Position numbers and translations under genes: made by a program. From NCBI GenBank assembly GCA_050633245.1, contig JBOEGD010000009.1:32001-96000 (forward strand): 64,000 nucleotides of DNA, given 5' to 3'. Under the pieces are notes generated by a model. The model made no database searches and had not been told where the DNA came from. It saw only the letters and a program-made list of their open reading frames with translations. Shown in pieces: positions 49,603 through 58,794 of this stretch; the first letter of the stretch is position 1, and every line of letters starts with the position of its first letter. Source of the stretch: Calditrichia bacterium. GTDB lineage: Bacteria > Calditrichota > Calditrichia > RBG-13-44-9 > J075.

Positions 49603-50817
49603 TTGAAACAGTTTATCACTCATTATACTGCTGCCTATCGCGGACTCCCACGAGAAGCATGGATGCTGTCGATTATTTTGCTGATTAATCGCAGTGGCTC
49701 CATCGTGCTTTTTTTTATGTCACTTTATCTCACGCAGGAATTAGGCTACAGTATTGCTCAGGCTGGTTATGTGTTAAGCAGTTACGGTCTGGGAATGATG
49801 TCCGGAGCCTTTCTGGGCGGTGCGCTTACAGACCGCATTGGCGCGCGAAAGGTTCAATTCTTCGCACTGTTAACAGGTGGCCTTTGCTTTCTGATTCTGG
49901 GTTATCTTACCGATATAAACTCCATTTTAGTCATGATGTTTTTTGCAGCCCTCACCAGCGAGTCACTAAGACCGGCAAATGCAGCGGCGATTATCCACGT
50001 TTGTTCACCGGAACAACGTGCGCGTGGATTCGGATTATCACGCCTTGCTATTAATCTTGGAGTGAGCATCGGTCCAGCCGTCGGCGGCTTTCTGGCGACT
50101 ATCGATTATATGTTTCTTTTCTGGCTGGATGGCTTTACCTGCATCGGCGCCTCAATTTTTGTCTGGCTTTTCCTGCCAGATATACGCCATGACGATACGC
50201 AATCACAACCGGAGGACCTGCCCGAAACCGAAACAGTCCCTACCCCGCCCTGGCGCGATCCGATTGTGTTGCTCGTGATGTTTCTGGCCTTTTTGTGCAG
50301 CGGCGTCTTTCGCCAGCTCTATAACACCTGGCCAATTTACGTTCGCGTCATTGAGCAGCTTACCGAAGATCAAATTGGCCTGCTGATGGCGTTTAATGCC
50401 GTTTTGGTCATTGCCATAGAAATGCCGCTTCTTCATTATCTGGAGCGCAAGTCTCAGCTGGTGGTTTTATCAATCGGTGCGCTGTTTATCGGCGGCGGTT
50501 TCGGGATTATGCCGCTTGCATCGGGAATTCCACATCTTGTATTCACCGTATTTATTTGGACAATCGGTGAAATTCTGTTCTTTCCCCTTCTCGGCGTCTT
50601 TATCGCAAGCCGCGCGCATAGCAGCAATCGCGGCCAGTATATGGGCTTTTATACGTTCACCTTGGCCCTTGCAATGGTGGTAATGACCCCGGCCGGAAGC
50701 TGGGTGTATGATGTGTTTGGTCCAGCTATTCTTTGGTATACTGCAGGACTTATCGGGATATTCTCAATGACGGGATTTTTAGGCATCAATGCGTATATGA
50801 AGAACGGTGAACTCTGA
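49603..50817 (+). CDS. MFS transporter
   Basis: YRGLPREAW, GGALTDRIGAR and INLGVSIGPAVGG motifs. TTG at 49603 is preferred because a TTGACA-N18-GATATT promoter lies in the longer ORF's 5' extension. Confidence 0.88.
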   Translation: MKQFITHYTAAYRGLPREAWMLSIILLINRSGSIVLFFMSLYLTQELGYSIAQAGYVLSSYGLGMMSGAFLGGALTDRIGARKVQFFALLTGGLCFLILGYLTDINSILVMMFFAALTSESLRPANAAAIIHVCSPEQRARGFGLSRLAINLGVSIGPAVGGFLATIDYMFLFWLDGFTCIGASIFVWLFLPDIRHDDTQSQPEDLPETETVPTPPWRDPIVLLVMFLAFLCSGVFRQLYNTWPIYVRVIEQLTEDQIGLLMAFNAVLVIAIEMPLLHYLERKSQLVVLSIGALFIGGGFGIMPLASGIPHLVFTVFIWTIGEILFFPLLGVFIASRAHSSNRGQYMGFYTFTLALAMVVMTPAGSWVYDVFGPAILWYTAGLIGIFSMTGFLGINAYMKNGEL

Positions 50818-50829
50818 ACAACCGAAACC

Positions 50830-50858
50830 GCGGCGACTAAATAAATAGTCGCCACTAA
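50830..50858. repeat. REP-like palindrome or bidirectional terminator
   Basis: GGCGACTA-AATAAA-TAGTCGCC between convergent genes. Confidence 0.55.
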
Positions 50859-50902
50859 GTTGATTTTATCAAAAATAATTAATAACTGAATTCATTTGCA
50901 GA

Positions 50903-51490
50903 TCAGAACTCTTCAAAATAGATGGGGTAGGTTCCAAGAAGGGGACCTCCTGCATACTCATAGGCATTTAATGTAACCCGGAACTGCGGAAATTGATCGT
51001 AATAAACGAAATTCACCTTATCACCAGTTTTACTGGTTGTCGTGTAAATATACTTTGTAAATTCCCATTCCAGGTGCACAGCTGACGGCCAACCTGGTTC
51101 CTGTGTGTAATCGGCTTCAAAGCGGTGACGAATATGTAAAGGCATTGGCAGAGGTTTCGTTCCCCAGATTATAACGAACCCCGGAGGCCCAAACTGATGA
51201 TCACCGGCAACCAGCGTCAATTCAAGCTGACCCGGTCCATTATAAGGCTCTGCTTTATATTCGATTTCAAACGGTCCACGGTTAGTTGTTAAGACATAGA
51301 TAGGCTGACCACCTTTAGTATTCGCATCTACTCCCTCATCCCAGTTAGTAGTATTGCCACTACCTGAATGTGGATCCATAATATTTGCAGCAGATTCGTG
51401 ATCCGTTTGCTGAGAACATCCCCAAATCAGTCCCCCCAAGAGCAATAAAAAAAAAACCAGCCTATACTGTAAAATTATTTGTCGCTTCAT
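50903..51490 (-). CDS. Hypothetical lipoprotein
   Basis: GGAGGAG SD, lipobox IWGC, beta-rich mature region; no family recognised. Confidence 0.8.
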   Translation of the reverse strand: MKRQIILQYRLVFFLLLLGGLIWGCSQQTDHESAANIMDPHSGSGNTTNWDEGVDANTKGGQPIYVLTTNRGPFEIEYKAEPYNGPGQLELTLVAGDHQFGPPGFVIIWGTKPLPMPLHIRHRFEADYTQEPGWPSAVHLEWEFTKYIYTTTSKTGDKVNFVYYDQFPQFRVTLNAYEYAGGPLLGTYPIYFEEF

Positions 51491-51727
51491 AACACTCCTC
51501 CGAACGTTCCGTTAAGAGCCTTGAACCGCAGCAAGAGAAGCAATCTCCCAAAAATCCATTTCGACTGCAGTAAGGCATTTTTTGTTTTATAGATTTTGCA
51601 GAATTTCTCCCGGATAAATTCTGCTCGTCACTTTTTTGTTCGATTGGTTATAGACATCTCCTGTAAATAGCAACTTCTGTGTTAGGCCGAGTTGAGCATT
51701 TGCAGAGAGTCATCTACCACTGAGAAC

Positions 51728-51747
51728 TAAGACAAAAACAAAGCCAA
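51728..51747 (-). promoter_or_regulatory. Sigma54-type -24/-12 promoter upstream of the lipoprotein gene
   Basis: TTGGCTTTGTTTTTGTCTTA (GG-N10-GT), with the same TTTGTCTTA -12 region as at 28031. Confidence 0.6.
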
Positions 51748-51814
51748 GAAAAGGAAAAGGCATGCATCTTATTGTTTTACAAGCACTTAAAGTCCAAGAG
51801 AACAATTTTTTAAA

Positions 51815-51870
51815 TGTCATTATGTTGACACTTCCATGATCCCGCTTTAGTAGGCGTCAAAATAACGACA
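51815..51870. promoter_or_regulatory. Tandem upstream activator sequences
   Basis: TGTCA-N6-TGACA (TGT-N10-ACA) at 51815-51830 and CGTCA-N6-CGACA at 51855-51870. An IHF-like TTACAAGCACTTA lies at 51777-51789. Confidence 0.6.
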
Positions 51871-51887
51871 AAAAGCCCCTTTAAAGA

Positions 51888-52832
51888 TCACTCAGAATGC
51901 TTAATCCGCCGCAGCCGATGCTGCAACGCCTGGCGCGAAAGACCCAGTTCCTGTGCGGTATGCGTAATATTGTCATTCCGGTTTTTAAGAGTGCTTAATA
52001 TTTTCTGCCTTTCCATGCGACGTAAAAAATCCTGTAGCGACTCGCTTCCCCTCTCCCGATCGTTTTCGATATTATGTACAGGCCCGATTAAATCCTCAAT
52101 CTGTTCACGAATCGATCGTTCAGGCAAATTTAAAATGAAGCGCTGAACAATTGTCATCAAGTCCCTCACATTCCCAGGCAAAGATAATTCGCAAAGCTCA
52201 CAGAGCTCCTCAGGCTTTTCCCAAAACACAGAGTTCTTCTCCCCAACCAACTTTTGCCGAAGTAAGTAAGCCGCAATATGTGGAATATCTTCCCTGCGTT
52301 CATCCAATGGCGGCAAGTGCAGGTGAAAGGTGTTCAGACGATAAAACAAATCGTTTCGAAAGGCACCGGAATTGATTTCAGCCGGCAAATCGCGATTCGT
52401 CAACGCAATAATTCGTACATCCACACGTGTTATCTGCTCGGCTCCAATGGCGAAAAGCTCGTTATTTTCGATGGCGCGAAGTAGCTTGGCCTGAAAACGC
52501 GGTTGAATTTCGGCGATTTCATCGAGCACCAGTGTTCCGCTATCTGCCAGCTGAAAATGGCCTTTGTGCGCGCGCATTGCTCCGGTAAAGGCCCCTTTTC
52601 CATAGCCAAAGAATTCCGCCTCAAATAAATCAGCGGAAATCGCCGCACAGTTCACTATACGCAGCGGCCTCGATTTGCGCGGACTATTTATGTGAATGAA
52701 GCGGGCGAATAAATCTTTGCCGGTTCCGGTTTCACCGGTAATTAAGACCGGGGCATTCAGCCTGGCTATGCGAATGGCGTCTGCCTGCAGCTTTTTTACG
52801 ACTGCACTGACACCAACGATATCTGTTTCCAT
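51888..52832 (-). CDS. Sigma54-dependent enhancer-binding protein (AAA+ and Fis HTH) lacking a sensory domain
   Basis: GETGTGK, GAFTGA, LDEI, FRNDLFYRL, PGNVRDL and NITHTAQELGLSR motifs. An in-frame TAA lies two codons upstream of the ATG. Confidence 0.93.
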   Translation of the reverse strand: METDIVGVSAVVKKLQADAIRIARLNAPVLITGETGTGKDLFARFIHINSPRKSRPLRIVNCAAISADLFEAEFFGYGKGAFTGAMRAHKGHFQLADSGTLVLDEIAEIQPRFQAKLLRAIENNELFAIGAEQITRVDVRIIALTNRDLPAEINSGAFRNDLFYRLNTFHLHLPPLDERREDIPHIAAYLLRQKLVGEKNSVFWEKPEELCELCELSLPGNVRDLMTIVQRFILNLPERSIREQIEDLIGPVHNIENDRERGSESLQDFLRRMERQKILSTLKNRNDNITHTAQELGLSRQALQHRLRRIKHSE

Positions 52833-52959
52833 ATATTATTTCGTCTGTATTCATTTCTTTGGGGGAATGACAACGGTGAACGGTGAATGAGTAACCGCTA
52901 CATTACCTTACTGCCTTACTGCCGATCACTTATGACTAAAGCCATAAGCTTCCTAAGCT

Positions 52960-53022
52960 TTTCACCTTTCACTTCTCGCGTCTTGCCTCTCGTTTCTTGC
53001 GTCTTGCCTCTCACATTTCCAC
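52960..53022 (+). repeat. Degenerate heptamer array (about 9 units)
   Basis: tttcacc tttcact tctcgcg tcttgcc tctcgtt tcttgcg tcttgcc tctcaca tttccac. (TGAACGG)-type and (TTACTGCC)x2 units lie just upstream. Confidence 0.7.
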
Positions 53023-53302
53023 AATATTTCCGACTCATCATCACATTACCGACAAGAATTCAGCGGTCGAACTTTTCATACCTAAGGAGCCTGTTTTCAA
53101 TCATTTACACGTAAGCCGAGTGATTCTAAACTACGCTAATTTTGCGTTTAGCAGTGGCCAATACTTGACGAACGCCGTTTTTGTTCTTATATTAATTCAC
53201 CCATCACATCTATTCATTCGCAAACAGCCTTCTTTTTTTGAATTTATTTTCGCCACTCGGACATGCTACCCCCACATGCCCAGGCATTAACCGGGATAAG
53301 AT

Positions 53303-53851
53303 ATGAGAGACCTTATGGCGACCGAATCTGATTTGCTGTACCAAATTCAATGCGGTGATCACACTGCTGAACGCGAAATTTTTCGACGGTATGAAGTTTT
53401 ATCACGCGTCGAAACGATGGTTCATTCACGCATCCGCGCCCCCCTTTCTGATCGCAATGATCTGATTGGCGAAATTCTATTGTCCATTTTGTTAAGCCTG
53501 CGCAAAGGCAAATTTGACCCTGCACGAGGCGAGATCGGCTCCTATATTTGGGGAATTGCGCGCAACAAAATCCGAGATTATCTAAAACCCACTCCAAATC
53601 GTTACATGCTCAGTTTAATTGAAGAAATTTTGGTTGAAGATGAACGAGACAAGGAGATCCAGGAGCGCAGGGGTCGCCTAAAACTGGCGCTCGCGAAGCT
53701 GGACAATAAGTACCGGCAGGTTATTTTCATGCGATATTATGAGGAGTTCACAATCGAAGATATGGCTCGCAAGCTACAGCTAGAGCCGAGTCAGGTCTAT
53801 AATCGCATCCACTACTCGATTAGTCTGATTCGCGAAATAGTGAAAAAATAA
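53303..53851 (+). CDS. ECF-type RNA polymerase sigma factor
   Basis: Region 2 (DLIGEI, SYIWGIARNKIRDY) and region 4 (LDNKYRQVIFMRYYEEFTIEDMA). Confidence 0.9.
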   Translation: MRDLMATESDLLYQIQCGDHTAEREIFRRYEVLSRVETMVHSRIRAPLSDRNDLIGEILLSILLSLRKGKFDPARGEIGSYIWGIARNKIRDYLKPTPNRYMLSLIEEILVEDERDKEIQERRGRLKLALAKLDNKYRQVIFMRYYEEFTIEDMARKLQLEPSQVYNRIHYSISLIREIVKK

Positions 53852-54030
53852 AAAAAAATTAAAAAAAACACCAAGTTTTGAGAAGTATATAGTAGAGGCT
53901 GCCGGGAAATGTAGACAAATTTGAGATTTGTTTACTATCCCCGGAACACATGGGGGTTAGTTATCGTCTGGAATATTGTAGTTACAGTATTCTATGCGTC
54001 AATTGTGTATGCTTAACAAAGTAGGCAACT

Positions 54031-54789
54031 ATGGAACGTTCACAGCAAACAGGAAGCAAGTGCCCCGAGAAGTTTATTAGTCAAATAGATACTTATCTGC
54101 GCGGCGATTTAGACGAGGCGGAGATTGATGAATTTGAGCAGACTTTTTTTGAAAATGATGATTGTTTAAAAGAGCTTCAGCTGAGGAAAGATCTTCGTGA
54201 CTTGGTCAAGCAGGATGGAAAGACGTTATTCCCCGAGTTCATGCCGTCCGATGGTGTTGGTGCCGTCGCTCTCGGCTCAGGAGCGCCTGTAAAAGCAGCA
54301 CCGGCTAAAGTTTACTGGCCCTTAAGCGTTGCAGCAACCGTTCTTTGTTTAGTCTTCTTTTTAGTTCCTGATACACATCAAAAGCCTCTGAAGCTAAGTG
54401 AAAAGGCGAATAGCTTTTCTGCCGCATTTCTGTCCTCACAGAAGGATCTGCGTTTTCGTGGATCATCCTATTTTGACATCGTTTCCTCGCAGGTATCACG
54501 AAATCAGACTATCGAACTGCTCGAACCGATAAAGAACTATGTCTACCGTGGCAAGCTTGCCTTTCGCTGGCGCTTGCTAAAATCCGGTTCCAATCCCCTA
54601 CCCGCTTTGCGTCTGGCCATCTTTACAAATAAAGACCAAGAAATTCTACGCGCGAACATCATCGGTGGAGAATTTGTTCTTCGCAATGAGCTTGAGCCGG
54701 GGCTTTACTACTGGTCGCTGGAGGATGAGGAAGATACCGTGGGCGTTGGACGTTTTCTGGTGCCGGCGGAGGATATGATTGAGGAATAG
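54031..54789 (+). CDS. Putative membrane anti-sigma factor
   Basis: N-terminal IDTYLRGDLDEAEIDEFE...C (zf-HC2-like), single TM helix, RG motif and C-terminal LEPGLYYW beta domain; follows the ECF sigma gene. Confidence 0.65.
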   Translation: MERSQQTGSKCPEKFISQIDTYLRGDLDEAEIDEFEQTFFENDDCLKELQLRKDLRDLVKQDGKTLFPEFMPSDGVGAVALGSGAPVKAAPAKVYWPLSVAATVLCLVFFLVPDTHQKPLKLSEKANSFSAAFLSSQKDLRFRGSSYFDIVSSQVSRNQTIELLEPIKNYVYRGKLAFRWRLLKSGSNPLPALRLAIFTNKDQEILRANIIGGEFVLRNELEPGLYYWSLEDEEDTVGVGRFLVPAEDMIEE

Positions 54790-54810
54790 TGAGCGGTGAG
54801 CGGTGAGCGG
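54790..54810 (+). repeat. Heptamer repeat (TGAGCGG)x3 directly after the stop codon
   Basis: Read directly from the sequence; gives TGA in all three frames. Confidence 0.9.
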
Positions 54811-54962
54811 AACCTTTGCAGATAGAAGGTTCTAAATGAGTATAAAAATTTCAAGCCGCAGATAGCTAACAAGAAGCAATTGCAGAGAAAGCTCACATCC
54901 AGGAAGCTGTCTTTTCTGACACATGGCAGCGAAGCGGTCTCACAGCGCAGCGGTCTGTCTTC

Positions 54963-56210
54963 TCACAGTACCAAATCCTCATCATCAGGTAAGTCGGAGA
55001 TCTTTATCGTTTCGACGCGTTCGATGACCTTGTATTCCAAAAGCTCTTTTTCTTTCCTTAACGCCCGGTTAATAATTCCCTTGCGAAAGTTCGCTAACAA
55101 CTCTTCCAATGAAGCATATTCAAGTGGCTTCAGAACCCACTTCTCATACTTTTTCCATAGGTCGACAAACATCGAAAAAGGTCTTTCTCCCTGTTGAATA
55201 ATCGTCACGAAGGGCACCATATAATTTGGAACGGTGGCCTGAAGTTCAAGCGGACTACTTTTAGGCTCGGAAATATCCGCAATAACAAAGCGCGAAAGCC
55301 CGGCCAATATCTTAATCGTTTCCGTAACATCTTTTTCAGTTGCTCTATCGAAATCAAAAACAATCGGTAGTAAATTGTAATTATTGCGCAGCTCTTCCCG
55401 GATCGAATCCAGAATAATTTTTCGTTCCGGTGTAAAACGTCCGAGAATTAAAACGCCTTTTTTACCAATGGTCGAGATAGCATTTGTTATATTGTTATTG
55501 TTCAACAGCATGTAAACAAACTGTGCAATTTCCAGATCGTCGACAGAAATAACATCATTCGCCGGCTCAATCAGCAGGTTCTTCTGAACAGTCCCTTCTT
55601 TATTGAGATTCCAGGCAGCAACACCAAAGACCCTGCTATTACTCAATGTCGCATTTTGCAGGTTCGAAGACGTAAAGACCGAATTACTTAGATTTGCATG
55701 AGACAGATCGGTACCGACCAACAGCGTCTCCTTAAAAGTAGAATCCGACAGATCGGCAGACTGTAGTTTGGCACCTGTTAAATCGCAATAATTAAAACTC
55801 GCCTCCATCATCCGGGAATTTCGCCCACCAATCGGCTGAAAGTCAACTCCCTTAAGACTGGCATCCTGAAACGAAACGCCTTTCATCCACGCACCGCGCA
55901 TGGAGGCATTATCTAATATCACGCCGCGCATATCGGCATAACCGATTATGAGGTCATCTAAACTGGCACCGCGCAGATCGATTACCTGCATTGACAGGGA
56001 ACTGATATAGCCCCCCTTGGTGAGCACACGTTCAGATTTCACTGTTTTTTGCAGTTCTTCTACCTGGCGTTTCTTTTTGTAAGCAGACCAGTCTTCCAAA
56101 GCCTGTTCCCGTTCCGGTGAGCGAATGGGAGAATGTGCAAGCTTTAGAAATTGCCGGAGATCTTCCCAATTGCCCTGAAAGTTTGGGTGGTCTTGTTTTA
56201 AGTTTTCCAA
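54963..56210 (-). CDS. Pentapeptide-repeat protein with C-terminal alpha/beta (TIR/NDT-like) domain
   Basis: A(D/N)LxxA repeats over roughly residues 75-195, then VLILGRFTPERK...PIVFDF...SRFVIADIS.PKS.PLEL. Confidence 0.8.
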   Translation of the reverse strand: MENLKQDHPNFQGNWEDLRQFLKLAHSPIRSPEREQALEDWSAYKKKRQVEELQKTVKSERVLTKGGYISSLSMQVIDLRGASLDDLIIGYADMRGVILDNASMRGAWMKGVSFQDASLKGVDFQPIGGRNSRMMEASFNYCDLTGAKLQSADLSDSTFKETLLVGTDLSHANLSNSVFTSSNLQNATLSNSRVFGVAAWNLNKEGTVQKNLLIEPANDVISVDDLEIAQFVYMLLNNNNITNAISTIGKKGVLILGRFTPERKIILDSIREELRNNYNLLPIVFDFDRATEKDVTETIKILAGLSRFVIADISEPKSSPLELQATVPNYMVPFVTIIQQGERPFSMFVDLWKKYEKWVLKPLEYASLEELLANFRKGIINRALRKEKELLEYKVIERVETIKISDLPDDEDLVL

Positions 56211-56628
56211 AAGAGTGCCTTCCTGTCTTTTACAGTATGCTATCAGATGTGATGGATATTTCTAATTATGAGGAGGGTCAGCCAAAATGCAAATTATTTC
56301 TCGAAGAGTTTCAAAAACCACAGCTTTATTCTCTGGATCACAAACAGGAAGTTGAGGCCTGAGCTCCCAAATCAATGAGGCGGCCATATGGAAAATGTGT
56401 AGTTATCTTTCTAATCGAGAATGGTGCGGGTTACGGATTAAAGTTTTAGGCATTTTTTTAAACGAAAAAAGTGGGCAAAATTTGTCTTTTTTTGGCACCT
56501 CGACTCAGCTCGGCGTAACACTAAAAGCTGATTCTCGCTCAACACCTAATAGCATTTTTGAACTAAAAGTCCAACTTCTCACGCCGGTCAGCGAGGTGGC
56601 CTGACGTCTACCCGTAAGTCTGCGGGTA

Positions 56629-58794
56629 TCATTTTAAACCGAGTTCTACCATTTTGAGATCACTCTCAGCATGATCGTTTAAGGAAAAATAAATCTCTGC
56701 TCCGTCCGGAGACAGGCTTAGTCCATCGTCCAGCTGGTGTTCGCTCAACATAGCATGGGAAAGCAACATAATCGATTTATCGGCAAAGCGATAGAACATT
56801 AATTGTGCCATTCGATTCTTCAACCGCTTGAAATAATAGATACCATCTTTAACAACGATCCAGTTCTGCGTCTCATAGATTTCCAAATCTGCAATGACTC
56901 GCACTTCTCTCGCCTCGCCGGTCTTTTCCCAGATTCCCGGGATACCGCGTTTAGAATAGAATAGCGTTTTTCCGTCTACCGATTCCATAGAGGCAAAGCT
57001 ATTGGCCTGAGTCACCTGAACAGCAGTGCCGCCCGAGGCTGGCACCTTCCAGATACGCCAATCGCCGCTACGCGTCGAGGAGAAATATATCCAACGGCCG
57101 TCGCGAGAGTGCATCGGTGCAGCAGCATCGGATTCCAGTAACTCGATGTGCGCCTCGCCCGGTACAAACCGATAGGTGGCATATGCCTCGCCCGGTTTCA
57201 CAGCAAACACCATGCTGCGACCATCAGGTGCCCAGGAGGGCATGCAATTGTAGGGAACCGAACCCTCGCTAATTCGCATCAGCCCAGTGCCGTCGATATT
57301 GCAAAGCCACAACTCATTGCTGCCAGAACGATCCGAAACAAAGGCAATATATTGCTGATCTGGCGATACCTTGCCATTCCATTCTGCACCTGAGGAAATA
57401 ACAATCGGCTTGATGTTTTCCAGCATCCCGGCATCCTGATTGATAGACGCCTTGTAAATATTTTTCCGCATTATCCTCTGTTCATAGGAAAGCAGTTGAC
57501 CGGACGGCGAAATCACTGGGAAAGTGCCAATTGGGTTCAGGAAAGCAAGGTCCAACAGCCGAGATTTCCCATTCAGGTCGACCGATTTAAGCCGGTACAC
57601 TCCATTGTCGTATATACAATAAATAATTTCGTTGGTCAATGGCGACCAGCCCAGTCCAAAAATGATTTCATTTTCGTGCGTCAGCCGTCGCACTTCCCAA
57701 TCTGATGTCGACATGATATAGACGTCGTCATTATATCGCGAATCCAGCCGCGCAAAAATCAGCAGCTTGCCGTCCGGGGAGAAAACCGGATAGCGGTCGG
57801 CATAAATATTCGCCGCCGGGGTGGTCAATTGTTGCTTTCTAGCCGGCAGCGGGGAAAAAAGATATAGCGCAAATGGCGCATTGCTGGAGGTTTGCATGGC
57901 GTAGGCGAGAGTCTTACCATCCGGTGCCCATTCAAGGCCAACGATGCTCTTGCCTGCTTCCATCAGCAGTTCAGTGCGCACCCTATCCATCAAAGAAAGC
58001 GAAATGATGCGGCTGCCGGCATCGGAAGACTCTATATATGTGACTGCCTTGCCATCAGGTGTAAAGCAAGCCGTTCGCTCCATATATGGAGTGTCTGTTA
58101 GTTGGGTTTCCGCGGCACCATCGATGTCTTTTAGAAAGAGATCCCATTGCCGGGTTTCCGGACTCTTGTGAGCGTATAATAACTTTTGATTGTTTGGTGA
58201 AAATGCAAGCCCGTGTTCAAGCCCCAGGGATGCAGTAAGGGGAATTTCATTGCCGGAAGCCTGCAGTCTGGGTGGAGCCTGAAAGGTTTCATTGAAAAAA
58301 ACACCAACACCCACCACCGCGCAGAAAGAAATAGCGGCCCAAAATCTTAAGGGCATGCGCTTTGGGACCATAGGTTGCGTATTCTCCCGTTGTGGTTGGT
58401 CTTTTTTCTGCGGTCCCTGAGGATCCGATAAACTGCCTGGGTTCCCACGCGCAGGTTCCTCAGACCAAACAGGGCAAATCAGCCGATAGCCTTTCTTGGG
58501 AATTGTTTCAATTACCCTTGCATTACGTGCATCATCCTCAAATATGCGCCGCAGGCGGTAAATAGAGCGATTTATAGGATGATCGGTAACTGTAACATCC
58601 GCCCACACCCATTGGGCAAGTTGATCCCTGGAGATGATCTCCCCCTGTCGCTCAATCAGGTAGAGCAGCACTTGCATTACCTTCGGCTCCAGCTTGATTT
58701 TTGTCGATTCCCGGCTGAGACTATCACTCTTGCCGTCCACCAACCATCCCGCAACATAATAAGTATGCACACGATCTACGGGTGTTTGTTTCAT
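56629..58794 (-). CDS. Membrane-anchored regulator: OmpR/CadC-type winged helix, TM and TolB/PD40 beta-propellers
   Basis: LEPKVMQVL and IETIPKKGYRL motifs, one TM helix, then repeated (F/W)SPDG motifs. Confidence 0.9.
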   Translation of the reverse strand: MKQTPVDRVHTYYVAGWLVDGKSDSLSRESTKIKLEPKVMQVLLYLIERQGEIISRDQLAQWVWADVTVTDHPINRSIYRLRRIFEDDARNARVIETIPKKGYRLICPVWSEEPARGNPGSLSDPQGPQKKDQPQRENTQPMVPKRMPLRFWAAISFCAVVGVGVFFNETFQAPPRLQASGNEIPLTASLGLEHGLAFSPNNQKLLYAHKSPETRQWDLFLKDIDGAAETQLTDTPYMERTACFTPDGKAVTYIESSDAGSRIISLSLMDRVRTELLMEAGKSIVGLEWAPDGKTLAYAMQTSSNAPFALYLFSPLPARKQQLTTPAANIYADRYPVFSPDGKLLIFARLDSRYNDDVYIMSTSDWEVRRLTHENEIIFGLGWSPLTNEIIYCIYDNGVYRLKSVDLNGKSRLLDLAFLNPIGTFPVISPSGQLLSYEQRIMRKNIYKASINQDAGMLENIKPIVISSGAEWNGKVSPDQQYIAFVSDRSGSNELWLCNIDGTGLMRISEGSVPYNCMPSWAPDGRSMVFAVKPGEAYATYRFVPGEAHIELLESDAAAPMHSRDGRWIYFSSTRSGDWRIWKVPASGGTAVQVTQANSFASMESVDGKTLFYSKRGIPGIWEKTGEAREVRVIADLEIYETQNWIVVKDGIYYFKRLKNRMAQLMFYRFADKSIMLLSHAMLSEHQLDDGLSLSPDGAEIYFSLNDHAESDLKMVELGLK

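Noticed and set aside
51462-51578. Cys-rich 38-aa ORF (MPYCSRNGFLGDCFSCCG...) as a RiPP precursor
   Set aside because: It has no SD, overlaps the lipoprotein start out of frame, and no modifying enzymes lie nearby.
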